Of a stretch of DNA of 64,000 nt, positions 1-13,329 are shown piece by piece (position 1 is the stretch's first letter; every line of letters begins with the position of its first letter). The stretch is from the human T2T-CHM13v2.0 reference genome, Homo sapiens. Where the stretch lies: NCBI RefSeq assembly GCF_009914755.1, contig NC_060935.1. One strand, given 5' to 3'. The notes under the pieces were generated by a model. The model saw only the letters and a program-made list of their open reading frames with translations, was not told the origin of the DNA and did not search any database. The translations under genes and the position numbers were made by a program.

Positions 1-199
1 GTTTGTTTAAATGTCCCTTAAAAATAAGATTTTATGCAGCAAATAAAAAGCTTTAGGTTTCAAAGAAGGTCCGATAATGTAAAATAAAACAGTAATGGTG
101 CACTAGTAGTACAGTGGTATAATATTGATTATATACTATTAAACAATAGTAGTGACACCAGCACTGCATTTTGCACTGTGCCATGAGATTTATAGACAC

Positions 200-350
200 T
201 GTAGTGGCCTCCGAGGTAGGTATTGGGGTCCCCTTTTACAGATGAGGAAATGACACCCTGATGGCTGAACAGTTTGCCCAAAGCCACAGAGCTAGTGAGT
301 AGCAGAGCAGGACTTGAACTCAGGGGTGTGTGGCTCTGGACCCAGGCTTA
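200..350 (-). mobile_element. MIR fragment
   Basis: acagatgaggaaa..tttgcccaaagccacagagctagt MIR core, reverse orientation. Confidence 0.7.
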
Positions 351-725
351 TCCCACAAGAATGTCCATTCCTTCGCAGGAAGCACACCTTAGCATTCTTA
401 TAGATGTATTTTGGACTGGATCTTTGGGAAAATGAAATATGCTTGCATTTCTTTACCTTTTACTCTTTTACTATTTATTAGTTAGGATTAGGTTCAGCCA
501 CGAATAACACCACCAAAAACAACAACAACAAAACCCAAGTATCCATGGCTTAAACAAGACAGGGGTTTATTTCTCTCTCCTGTAACAGAAGCCCAGTGCT
601 AGGCAGGATGGGGATGATAGAGGTTATCCAAGGCTCAGTTGTATGAAACAGAAACTGTGAGCTATTTTAACCAAAAGGGATTTATCCTGGGAATTGAGGT
701 TTTGCAGAATCATTGGAAGAGCTGG

Positions 726-1109
726 TGTATTAGTTTGCTAGGGCTACCAGAACAAGTACCAAAGGCTGTGTGGCTTGAACAGAAATAGACTTTCTCATAG
801 TTCTGGAGGCTGAAGGTCAAAGATTAAGGCAACGGCAGGTGTGGTTTCTTCTGAGGCCTCCCTCTTGGCTTATAGATGACTGTCTTCTCCCTCACATGGT
901 TGTCCTTAGTCTGCGTGTGCCTATGCCCTCATCTCCCTTTATAAGGACACCAGTCTTGCTGGATTAGGGCCTACCTTCATGACCTCACATTAACTTAATT
1001 ACCTCTTTGAAGACCCTGTCTCCAAAGACAGCCACATTCTGAGGTCTTGGGGGTTAGGACATAAACATACACATTTGGGGGTGAGGGAGCACAAGTCAGC
1101 TCATAACAG
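726..1109 (-). mobile_element. MLT1 (ERVL-MaLR) solo LTR, set within older MLT1-like fragments (~480-1620)
   Basis: tgtattagtttgctagggct..ataaggacaccagtc..ttaattacctc..cataaca. Confidence 0.8.
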
Positions 1110-1979
1110 TTGAGGAGCAGGCTTTAGGCCTCGCCCCAAGAAATGACTCCTGGACTAAGTCTGCAGAACTGACCCCCTGGAGAGTCACCACCTTGGTCAC
1201 AGACAGCAGAGGGAGGAATCAGGAAGTCTCTGCTGTAGTTGCGGGATCCAGGGGTCTATGTTCTGAGCTGTGATCCTGGGATCAGGAAGCTGCAGCCACC
1301 GCTGAGGTTTTGGTTCTAGAGCCAGGCAGCGTGAGCTCCAGTCATTGCATCCACACTACAGGTATAAGAAGGAGGAAGGGCAGAAGGTTGTGCCCCACCC
1401 TTAAAGGACACTTCCTAGAAGTCACCCAGTACCTCTGCTCATGCTTCGTTGAGCAAAACTTAGTCACATTGCAACATCTAGCTCCATGGGAGCTGGGAAA
1501 TGTGGTCTTTGTTTCCAACAGGTATGCACACACAGGGCTAAAAATCTGGGTGGGTATGATGAAGGGAAAATGGGGGAATGGATTTTGGGGGTCAAGACTG
1601 GTCTCTCTCTGCTGTCCCTCCCTGAACAGAGGCTCTGGGAGGCTAGTAATGCATTCGAGATAAAGCAGCCAGTGTGGCCAAGGTTCTCCTCCAGAGCCTG
1701 AGCCCTTGACCACAGGAGCTCACGCCTCCTCTCATTTCCTGTGAATGATTGTGTGCAATGTAAGCACAGAGCTTCTGCACTCTCATGATCAAGTGCTCTC
1801 TCCATGGCCAGAAACAGCAGTTTCTGAGGGGCTCATGTTGTAGGTGATGATACAAAGAAGACAGAGAGAGGGATCAGGTGTCCTAAGTGTACATTTCATC
1901 TCAGTATTTTCTGAGGTGGGGCATCCCTGTCTCCTGGAGAAGTATATTTTTAATCTAGTTGTTTACTTTCTTTGCATAG

Positions 1980-2237
1980 CCCCTGTTCCAGTTTCTGACT
2001 TCCGAGTGACAGTGGTCAGCACGACGGAGATCGGCTTAGCATGGAGCAGCCATGATGCAGAATCATTTCAGATGCATATCACACAGGAGGGAGCTGGCAA
2101 TTCTCGGGTAGAAATAACCACCAACCAAAGTATTATCATTGGTGGCTTGTTCCCTGGAACCAAGTATTGCTTTGAAATAGTTCCAAAAGGACCAAATGGG
2201 ACTGAAGGGGCATCTCGGACAGTTTGCAATAGAACTG
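1980..2237 (+). CDS. PTPRJ: PTPRJ exon 8 (FN3 repeat, ..PVPVSDFRV..TVCNRT)
   Basis: tttgcatag|C acceptor, G|gtaagc donor, 258 nt, phase 1-1; FN3 hallmarks (LAW, LFPGTKY). Confidence 0.96.
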
Positions 2238-2552
2238 GTAAGCAAATAGGCTTTTCTGTTAAACCATCATGTTTCTTAAAGGAAATCAGTATAATTAATA
2301 AACATAATGTTTCCAAATATTGTTTTTCTTTTAATTATCTAAGAAAAAACTTTAAAAATTTTCATAACACTAATGCTTATTTATTATATGAAATACAGAC
2401 AAGTAAGTAGAAAAAACTTACATGGAAACCATCAAGCAGAGATAATCACTTTTGATGTATGACATTTTACAATTTTTAAACATATACATATAGATACACA
2501 AATATATGTGTGAGTATACATATATTTAATACATATATATTTAATATTTAAT

Positions 2553-2553
<1 letters not shown>

Positions 2554-2593
<40 letters not shown>
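2554..2593. repeat. (CA)n(TA)n microsatellite at Alu tail
   Basis: Directly visible. Confidence 0.9.
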
Positions 2594-2611
<18 letters not shown>

Positions 2612-2905
2612 TTTTTTTGAGACAGTCTTACCCTGTCACCCAGGCTGGAGTGCAGTGGCATGATCTTGGCTCACTGCAACCTCCATCTCCTGGGTTCAAG
2701 TGAAGCGATTCTTGTGCCTCAGCCTCCTGAGTAATTGGAATTACAGGTGTGCACCACCATGCCTGGCTAATTTTTATAGTTTTAGTAGAGACAGGGTTTC
2801 GCCATATTGGCCAGGCTGGTCTTGATCTCCTGATCTCAAATGATCTGCCCACCTCAGCCTCCCAAAGTGCTTGGATTACAGGTGTGCGCCACTGCACCCA
2901 GCCCA
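2594..2905 (-). mobile_element. Alu (AluS-type)
   Basis: poly-T then full dimeric Alu reverse complement. Confidence 0.93.
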
Positions 2906-3031
2906 CAAATATATATTTATTTCTTTCACAAACATTGAGGCCATCTGTACATGTGGTTTTGTAATCTGCCTTTTCCCCAACTTGCCAATTAATTATGAAT
3001 ATTCTTTCCTCTTAATAAAATATTTCTACAG

Positions 3032-3036
3032 GATGA
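3032..3036 (+). CDS. PTPRJ: Coding part of alternative terminal exon for short soluble PTPRJ isoform (Gly539-stop)
   Basis: tttctacag|GA TGA; exon 8 terminal G + GA = GGA Gly then TGA; agrees with the known 539-aa isoform ending in G instead of V. Confidence 0.75.
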
Positions 3037-3070
3037 TTTGAACACCTGCCTGGAATTCCATCATCTGAAA

Positions 3071-3290
3071 CAGAGTTGGCAGATAAGAATGGCCCCTATG
3101 CCAAATTTGGCTCATTGTCTGTTTTTGTAAATAAAGTTTTATTGGATCACAGCCATGTTCATTTGCTTATGTACTGTCTATGGCTACTTTGGTGCTAGAA
3201 TTGAGTAGTGGCAGCAGAGAACGTGTGGCTTGTGAAGCCTGAGATATTTATTTTCTGGCCATTACAGAGAATGTTTGCTGACCTCTGGGC
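3071..3290. mobile_element. MER58-like hAT-Charlie DNA transposon
   Basis: cagagttggca..tgtttttgtaaataaagttttattgg..tttgctgacctctg. Confidence 0.75.
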
Positions 3291-3295
3291 TAGAT

Positions 3296-3640
3296 CAGTG
3301 GTTTTCAAATTGTGGTCCAGGGCTCTCTAGGGATCCCTAGGTTCTTTCAAGGGGTCTCCAAGGTAGTATTATCATAACAATACTAAAATGTTATTTGGCT
3401 TTTTCATTCTCATTCTCTTTTGGAGTTTTCCAACTTTGATCCGATATGGGATGACATTGTCTCTCAGGTCTAATGGAATATATGCTGTGGATTCTTACAT
3501 TTTAAAAATTTCTTCATTTTAAATCCCTGATATAGTAAATATTAATAAATATAACCTATGTAAATACAAATTCTCTGAGAGCCTTAATAACTTTTAAGAT
3601 GGTAAAGAAGTCCTGAGAGCAAAAAGTTTAAGAACCTCTG
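3296..3640. mobile_element. hAT-Charlie-type MITE
   Basis: Imperfect TIRs cagtggttttcaaa / tttaagaacctctg. Confidence 0.6.
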
Positions 3641-3775
3641 GTCAAGATGTGTTAGAAATTAACTACTGTGCTGTGTTGGGCAGGTGGACTGTTCACAGTC
3701 TTTCCTAAACAACACTGTGATGAGATACTTTGTTAGTTCTAGAAGGCTAATTGAAATTGATAAAATCATTTTATA

Positions 3776-3893
3776 GTCAGCTACGGTGGCCTGCACCCAT
3801 CGTCCCAGCTACTTGAGAGGCTGCGGCAGGAGGATTGCTTGGCCCAACAGTTGCAGACTAGCACCAGCCTGGGAGACCCTGTCTCAAAAAAAA
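3776..3893 (+). mobile_element. Alu monomer (FLAM/FRAM-like)
   Basis: cccagctacttgagaggctg..cagcctggg..ctgtctcaaaa. Confidence 0.7.
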
Positions 3894-4098
3894 ATTTTTT
3901 TTTATAGAAACAGTTTAAATTATTAAATTATTTCTAGGCCTACAGGAGAAACTTCTGGGAAATCCTAGAGAGTAATGTTCATTATTGTTGTTTTAAAATT
4001 TTGAAATAATTGTTTTTTGGAAAGGTTGAAAAACATACAGTCTTCCTTGATCTAAGATTCAAGATAGTTGAAATCTTTTATACAGAGGGTAGAATAAA

Positions 4099-4235
4099 GA
4101 TATACCTAATGTAAATGATGAGTTAATGGGTGCAGCACACCAACATGGCACATGTATACATATGTAACAAACCTGCACGTTGTGCACATGTACCCTAGAA
4201 CTTAAAGTATAATAAAAACATATATATATATATAA
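4099..4235 (+). mobile_element. L1PA extreme 3' end, sense, with AATAAA at 4211-4216
   Basis: gatatacctaatgtaaatgatgagttaatgggtgcagcacacc..cttaaagtataataaa. Confidence 0.9.
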
Positions 4236-5079
4236 AAGAAATGGGACAGATTCCTTGAAACACACATGAAATGAGTTACGCTTTTGAGATTCTCCTTGAA
4301 GAAGCTTCTTCAACTGTGCTGGTTGGGTTAAGCACCGATAGTCACTCAGAGGATCTGCTTCTGAAATAAGGGATCTACTAAAATGCATCCCTCAGATGAA
4401 ATGCAGTATTCCCTTTGCAAATCTGCATTTCAGACTGTTGACATGACGTCTTAACGTCAACATGTTTCTTCTGTCTTTTAAGGATGTGGATAATGGTAAG
4501 AGGATCACCACTGAGGGAGATGCATGATGTTGTGCTACTTGCTATTGCCCAGAACTTACTGTAACAATAATATAATATGCTGGGGGTCTGCGAAGTGCTG
4601 AGTGCTCTCATACTGCATTTTACATTTTTAACACAACTTCATGGAGCAGGTATTATTATCATTTCTGTCTTACAGAGTAAGAAATGGGGGCTCTGCAAAC
4701 TTAAGTAACTGGCCCAGAGTGACAAGGTGGCAAACTGACCTGTGTCTGCTGTCTAAGACCAAGTGCTTAACCACCATGTAGATTGACACTTTGATGTGGT
4801 ACAGCAGTAAAGTTTAGTATTAGTGAGGAGAGGGCATCTCTTTTACTATAGTTTATTGTGAATATTCTTTCCTCTTAATATCAGTATTTCTACAGGGTAA
4901 TTTTAACACCTGCCTGGAATTGCATTGTCTCAAAGGACCCGTTTCATTCAATGGTCCCTTTGAATGAAAGTCAAGAAGGCTTGCTATAAGATCTAAACTC
5001 TTAGGGGGGTTACCTTTCTATTATCAAATAACCTTTATTGTTATTGGAAAAAGTCAGCTTAACAGCATTAAAAGCAATT

Positions 5080-5660
5080 TCAAAAAAAGGAAACGAATAC
5101 CATATGATCCAGTAATTCCAGTCCTATGTATATCTCCAAAAGAATTGAAAACAGGCCCCTGGACAGTTATTTGTACATCAGTGTTCATAGTAGTAGCATT
5201 GTTCACAGTAGCCAAAGGTGGACCCAAGATCCCATCAACAAATGAATGGATAGATAAAATGTGGTTCATCCATACAACAAAATACTATTCAGCCATAAGA
5301 AAGAAAGAAATTCTGATTTATGGTACAACATGGATGGATCTTGAGGACATTATGCTAAGTGAAGCCAGACACAGAAGGACAAATACTGGATGATTCCACT
5401 TACATGAGTACCTAGATTAGGCAACTTAATATTCTACAGAAATTAGAATAGAGGTTACCAGGGGCTGTTCAGAGGAGGGAGTGGGCATTATTGTTTAATG
5501 GCTACAGTTTATGCTGGGGATAATGACAGTGTTTTGGGTACAGGTAGTGGTGATAGTTACACAACATTGTGAATATTGATGATACCGAATTGTACACTGA
5601 CAAATGGTTAAGATGATAAATATTATGGTATGTATGTTTTACCACAATAAAAATGAAAAG
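5080..5660 (+). mobile_element. Old L1M (L1MB/MC-like) 3' end, sense, with AATAAA at 5646-5651
   Basis: ccatatgatccagtaattcc..gaggacattatgctaagtgaa..accacaataaaa; ORF track shows degenerate ORF2 C-terminus. Confidence 0.8.
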
Positions 5661-6678
5661 GAACAAATATCTCTATTTTTCTAACCCAACTGAATTCCTT
5701 TTCTCTCTGTGTCCACAGTCATACATTTTGCTTGTATACTGTAATTATTATACAAATACTTTTATTTTGTATTTGAATTTCTTTTTACTCAGTCTATACC
5801 ACAACTTTCCCCTATAGTTAGCATGGCCTTCATATTTTTAGTGGCTAAAGAGTATTTCATCATGCAGCCAGATCACAGTGCCCACAGCCCTCCCCATGTT
5901 ATTGAATATTTAGGTTGTTTCTAGGTTTTTATGTTTATAGACAAAGGCTGCCTTTCATGGGCTTTTGTCTGTGGAATCCCTTTGACATCAGGAATCTGCT
6001 GGTAGGAAACAAAGGCTCCTCCCAGTGGCTTCTCTGTAAGGAGAATCCACTTAAAATTAAAAAAAAAATTAATTTTGGAGTAGATAGTACGTAAACATGG
6101 CACAATTTTTTTTGTTTTTTGGACAAGGTGTTTGCAGTGAAAGCATTTCCCTTTTTTGTCCCCTACCTGCCCATTTCCTCTCCCTGGAGGTGACGTTTGT
6201 TGCCAGGTAAAGAGAGACAGGGTTGAAAGCCGCGGTAGAAAATAGGCCCAGCCTCCGCGGTTACTTCCGGGCCTCTATGTAGGCATCCCTGGTGCAGGTG
6301 GCTGAGTGGGCAGCGGGAGATGATCGGAGGATGGGCTCCTGTGGGAGATTCCATTTCTGACTCTGCTCTGAAGGTGCAGGGTGTGCCTGTTTTCTTCCCT
6401 TCCTCATCCGTCCTCAAATGCTGCAACTTAGTAAAGGTCAGCTCTCCATTTCAGTTTTCCTCTTTGGTATGTAAGGCTGTGTCACGGGAAGATGTTTCCT
6501 TCTGAGTGACTGATTTAAAAAACACAACAAAACAAAAAAACCTCTTTATTGAGATATAATATACATACCGAAAAGGGATGTATCCTCAGCACATAGCTTC
6601 ATGAACTTTTACAAACTGAACACATCTTGTTACCAGCACCCATATAAAAAAACTGAATGTGATTTCCACTTCAGATGA

Positions 6679-7297
<619 letters not shown>

Positions 7298-7558
7298 TAA
7301 GGGCTCATTTTTAAGACAACAACAAAAAACTGGAGAACTGGTAAGATAAACTGGGAAGTTCATGTGCGTCACAGAAGAGCTGAAATTCTTGAGAGCACTG
7401 AGTGTGTGCATTTCTCAGCTCGATTTTGGAGTGTGCCTTTTGTGAACTCATTAGAAAGCGTAATGGCAAAAGAGCAGGTCCTCTCGACAGCACTTGGAGA
7501 GGAAGCTGGGCGTCATGATAGTAACAGTTTTCCCTTCTCCTTCCTTTCTTCTGAGCAG

Positions 7559-7816
7559 TTCCCAGTGCAGTGTTTGACATCCACGTGGTCTACGTCACCA
7601 CCACGGAGATGTGGCTGGACTGGAAGAGCCCTGACGGTGCTTCCGAGTATGTCTACCATTTAGTCATAGAGTCCAAGCATGGCTCTAACCACACAAGCAC
7701 GTATGACAAAGCGATTACTCTCCAGGGCCTGATTCCGGGCACCTTATATAACATCACCATCTCTCCAGAAGTGGACCACGTCTGGGGGGACCCCAACTCC
7801 ACTGCACAGTACACAC
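7559..7816 (+). CDS. PTPRJ: PTPRJ exon 9 (FN3; VPSAVFDIHVV..STAQYT)
   Basis: ctgagcag|TT acceptor after pyrimidine tract, C|gtaagt donor, 258 nt. Confidence 0.96.
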
Positions 7817-8522
7817 GTAAGTCTCTTAGGATGCCCTTCTAAGGAACAGCCTCTCTAACTGTCTCTTGGAGGAGGCACTGGTTAAATGATGGCCAGTGTG
7901 CTTCTGGGATCCAGGTTGACTCTGAAACTGCTGAAGTTGAAAACATTGGTCTCAGCAATGGTTCTGCTGTCACCATGGGGCACTGTTCTTCAAGCTATGT
8001 GAACTTAGAATTGTCATTAGAAGGAAGAAATGATTCCTTGGGAATGGTGACTGAAATGGTTCTAGTCATTCCTTGAGAATACAGAGTAGAGAAGGGTCAC
8101 CTTGTCATGTTGGTATTGGAAGATACTGCCCAGATGAGGAGCTTCGCCTGCAACAGTTAGGGAGGTGTTTTGCGAATATTTGAATTAAATACATGGTAAA
8201 GATGTTAGTTTGTAATATGTTTTTAGTATATTTTTCTCCATCTATTAGATTTAAAAAACAGATTAGAAATTAAATGTTAAAAATATATTTGAAATAAACT
8301 TGAAGTATTAAAAGAAGCCTAAATTAAACTTCTTTTGAGACTTAATCTGTATAATTATTTTCTTGATGTGTTTTTGGGAAGTTTTCCATCTTTTGAGCCA
8401 GCAAATACTAGTTTTATTCATTCTTTCTAAAACGAGCCAGGCTATTTTTGGATATAGTAAATAGTCCTGGAATTCTACTTAATCTGTGCTTTTACATGAA
8501 TTGCCTTTTTTTTAAAATCAAG

Positions 8523-8801
8523 GGCCCAGCAATGTGTCCAACATTGATGTAAGTACCAACACCACAGCAGCAACTTTAAGTTGGCAGAACTTTGATGACG
8601 CCTCTCCCACGTACTCCTACTGCCTTCTTATTGAGAAGGCTGGAAATTCCAGCAACGCAACACAAGTAGTCACGGACATTGGAATTACTGACGCTACAGT
8701 CACTGAATTAATACCTGGCTCATCATACACAGTGGAGATCTTTGCACAAGTAGGGGATGGGATCAAGTCACTGGAACCTGGCCGGAAGTCATTCTGTACA
8801 G
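8523..8801 (+). CDS. PTPRJ: PTPRJ exon 10 (FN3; RPSNVSNID..RKSFCT)
   Basis: tcaag|GG acceptor, G|gtgagt donor, 279 nt. Confidence 0.95.
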
Positions 8802-8974
8802 GTGAGTGTAGCCCCAACTGCCTCTTGGACTCCTCCCTGAGTGGTGCTGACCTTGCAGGTCAGTCCTCCCAAGTCTGTAGTTTGTCTGGTTTTGTGTGAT
8901 GTGCAGTGATGGACATTGAGCTTTCCGAGGCATCCTGTTAGCTTATCGGTGCTGTCTCGATGCCCTCATCATTT

Positions 8975-9400
8975 CTGCATTCAATAAATATTTATTGAGC
9001 ATATACCATATGCCAGTCAAGTCCTTGCCTTCTTGGAACTTTTCGAAGGAGGAAGTGGGATGTTTACCTAGAGTGCTCAGGAAAGGCCTCAATGACAAGG
9101 TGACTTTTGAGCAAAGATCTGAATGAAGGGAAGGAGCCAGCCATGTGGATATCAGGGCATGAGAACATTACAGGCAGAGGCCTGTGCAGAGGGGCCTGTG
9201 CAGCATCACCACTGTATCTGGAGGCTGGAGGAAGAGCAGGAGGCAAGGGTGGGAGGAGTGGACCCGCAGGAACAGGAGGATATAGGTGGGAGGTGAGGCC
9301 TGAGTGGGGCTGAGCCAGGATGTGGATGATATCTGGCATTGGTTTGTCTTTTGTGCTGGAGAAGATGAAAAGTTTATTGAAATGATGCCCAGCCTTTGCA
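8975..9400 (-). mobile_element. L2 fragment
   Basis: cattcaataaatatttattgagc..gaatgaagggaaggagccagccatgtgg. Confidence 0.65.
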
Positions 9401-10373
9401 TCCTTCTTGATCCTCACCTATCTCACAACTGAAAATGTGTGATAAAGAGAAGAGCCCTCTGTGTAATTGAGGATGCTTTCAGGGCAGCCCAGGAAAGGCT
9501 TTGCAGACAGTGGTGGGCACTTCTGCTCACAGTGCTGACTGTGGCACCTTTATCACTCAGCACCCGTGCACTACTCATTTTCTGCCCTTCTCGCTCCTAC
9601 CTCTTCCCTTTTTAGCCCAGGCCATTCAGATATGTTCAGGCTGATTTGGAAGTGATGGTCTCATGGGATCAGCCTCCCTGGTAGTATAGGAGCTCCAGCC
9701 TTGATGGCCTCTGGCTTTTCAGTGGTGAGTGGGGTGGCCACAGAAATCCCTGCAGCTTTGGGTCACTTCTGCTCCATCCCACCTGGTCTAGACACCCATC
9801 TTTGATATTTGGGTGCCTTTCATTGCTGATATTTATCTTAGCTATAGTTATTTGTAGCCTATAGCAAGAGAAAAACTGTATCTGAGCATTTATGACTGGG
9901 TGTGGGTGGAACAGGAGCTGTAAAAGTGGGTGCAGTGTTCAGGTTACCTTTCCAGGCCCTGGGTGGCAAATGTGGGTGTTGCACTAGGTGCCTTGGTAGA
10001 GCTTCTCCTGCTCTAAAATTCTGTGACATTCAATTAATGATAATACTGTCCTCCAGTTGTAATATGGAGTTTTCTATTTACATCAGTTTGATGTTAGTCC
10101 TCAGTAAAAATCTAATGGCCCTCAGATAGAGACAAATAACACTCTATTTTGAAGATGAGGAAACTGATGCATCATCAATGGATGATGCAGTATGTTATGT
10201 GAGTAGAGAGTGTCTTGAACTTAGACTTAGAAAACCTGGGATCTAGTTTTGGCTTCACCACCTGCCATGTCATCATCAGCCAATTACTTAACCTCTCTGA
10301 GCCTCTGTGGATTTATCTGCAGATGGGACAGTATAGGCCTCACCTGTCTCAGAAGTATCATCAAGAGGGCCTT

Positions 10374-10708
<335 letters not shown>

Positions 10709-11005
10709 TCACAGGATGATACAGCTGACTCTCATGGAGCCCTGGTCTCTTCCAGGCGTCTTTCTTGGTGCCTGACATCATTGTTCAATTTACTCTTCAA
10801 AGAGTCCTGCAGCTGAGGCTCAGAGCAGTTGGGTGACTGACCCAAGCTCACACAGTTTGGTGTTGCCCAATTTAGGGTCAGCCCCTGCCTCTTCCACCAC
10901 ATCACCCACCCACCTTCTCATCCCCAGGATTCTGCTACTCCCTATTTCCATGTTTGCAAAGGCAAAAGTCCCGGAATCTCATGCTGTGCTGTACTTGCTT
11001 TGCAG

Positions 11006-11296
11006 ATCCTGCGTCCATGGCCTCCTTCGACTGCGAAGTGGTCCCCAAAGAGCCAGCCCTGGTTCTCAAATGGACCTGCCCTCCTGGCGCCAATGCAGGC
11101 TTTGAGCTGGAGGTCAGCAGTGGAGCCTGGAACAATGCGACCCACCTGGAGAGCTGCTCCTCTGAGAATGGCACTGAGTATAGAACGGAAGTCACGTATT
11201 TGAATTTTTCTACCTCGTACAACATCAGCATCACCACTGTGTCCTGTGGAAAGATGGCAGCCCCCACCCGGAACACCTGCACTACTGGCATCACAG
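11006..11296 (+). CDS. PTPRJ: PTPRJ exon 11 (FN3; DPASMASFDC..CTTGIT)
   Basis: ttgcag|AT acceptor, G|gtgggc donor, 291 nt. Confidence 0.95.
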
Positions 11297-11532
11297 GTGG
11301 GCTACAAGGCAGGGGCTGGTCAGTTGGCACTGTGATCACTCCTGGAGCGGCTGACCCACAGTGGGTCTGCACGTGTGGACTAGAAATCTGTTTTTGTTTT
11401 TTTATTTCCCCTAAAATATTTGCTTTTACTGACATAGACTGGTTTCTCATTCTATAGAAATCAATCTAAAAAAGCAGAGTAAGAGGGGCTCATTTTTTAC
11501 ATTCTAAAAGATTCCTTTTCTTTACAGCATAA

Positions 11533-11848
<316 letters not shown>

Positions 11849-12177
11849 CGTCTTTTAGCCCACATCTGTTGGTGGCTTACTGTGTGCTATGGTGAGGGAT
11901 ACTATGGTGAGTAGGGGCGACAGGGCCCCTGGAGCATAGGACTGAGAAGAGCATTGAGAGGGAGAGGATTTCCAGGTCTGGTGGTGGGTGAGCTAGCATG
12001 CTGCTGCCAATTTTGCAGCAAGGACCTGGGGATGGACCTTCTCTGGCCAGCTACAGGGTATAGAGCTGGTGGGAAATGCAGGAGCCTGTGCTAGCAGTTG
12101 ACCATTAACATGGGAACGCCACCTCCCAGCGGGCACTGCTGCCGCATACTTGCGAGGTTGCTGAAGCTTGTAGTTTA

Positions 12178-12500
12178 GAGCAGGACCATCCCACTAGATG
12201 TGCAATGTGAGCCTCAGGTATAATTTAAAGTTTTCTAGAAGCCACACTGAAAAAAAAGTGAAAAGGAATAGCCGAAATTGGTATTAATAGCATTTTACTT
12301 AACTTAGTATATTAAAAGTATTATTTCAACATGTAATTTCTGTGAAGTATTAATGAGTTATTTTATGTCTTCTTTTGTACTAAGTCTTTGATATCTAGTC
12401 TGTATTGTGTGCTTGTAGCACATCTGAATGCAAACTGGTCACCTCTCAGGGGCTTGGCAGCCGCATGTGGCTAGAGGGCTGCTGTATCAGCACAGGTTTA
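12178..12500. mobile_element. MER33/MER3-like DNA transposon
   Basis: tttctagaagccacactgaaaaa..gcagccgcatgtggctag. Confidence 0.6.
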
Positions 12501-12576
12501 GACAATTATGTTGTGGTTGTTTTGGAGTTCAGATTTCTGTCTCCTTGAATCTTGAATATATATAATAATGAGAACA

Positions 12577-12690
12577 GGCTGGGCGTGGTGGCTTATGCCT
12601 GTAATCCCAGCACTTTGGGAGGCTGAGGTGGGAGGATTGCTTGAGCCAGGAGTTTGAAACCAGCCTGGGCAACATAGCGAGATCCCATCT
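12577..12690 (+). mobile_element. FLAM Alu monomer
   Basis: Left-monomer-only Alu. Confidence 0.8.
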
Positions 12691-13329
12691 CATTTATTTT
12701 TTAAAAATATATAAAAAAAATGGGAATAACCCAAACTGTATGTGTGAGATGAATTTAGGTAGAGAGAGAGAGTGTGTGGAGTGGATCATCTTTAATTCAG
12801 TGTGTTCTTTCTTTTGTGTTAGTTCAGAGAGTGGCTCCATACCCTGGCTTGGAAAGGGGGGGTGTGCACAATCATGGAGGCCATCCATGGAGGGTCCTGT
12901 GGGGGCTTTTCTGGTTTCTGGGAAGAGGATCTGTTGGGTTTCTCTAGGTGGTATTTGAGACCAACTCTGGGAAAAATGTGGGGACTGTTTATGAAGAACA
13001 CAGAGAAGTGCTGTGCCCAGGTCTCAGCAGAAAGTGTGTTCTCTCCCACCTCATCTGTGATTCTTCTCCTTGGACATTTGCTCCGTCTTTGCTCTCAGCT
13101 GACCAGCTGATCCTGGGGCCAAGCCAAGTCCATGTGGTGTCATTGTGCAGCTCCCAAGGCCACACCTTAGAGTTCCACCACAGTCTCTTTCTCACTCTCC
13201 TTCTTCCACCCCAGATCTCAGGATAATGAACCCGGCTCATCTTGAGTCATATGGGACTGGGGGAGAGGACAAGGGCAGGTTAGCTTCCTCATGCAAGGAT
13301 ACTAGCTTCTTACTCTAATGATGGTTTCT

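Noticed and set aside
1844-2410. 188-aa ORF as a stand-alone gene
   Set aside because: It is exon 8 plus in-frame intronic run-on; only 1980-2237 is FN3-like and splice-bounded.
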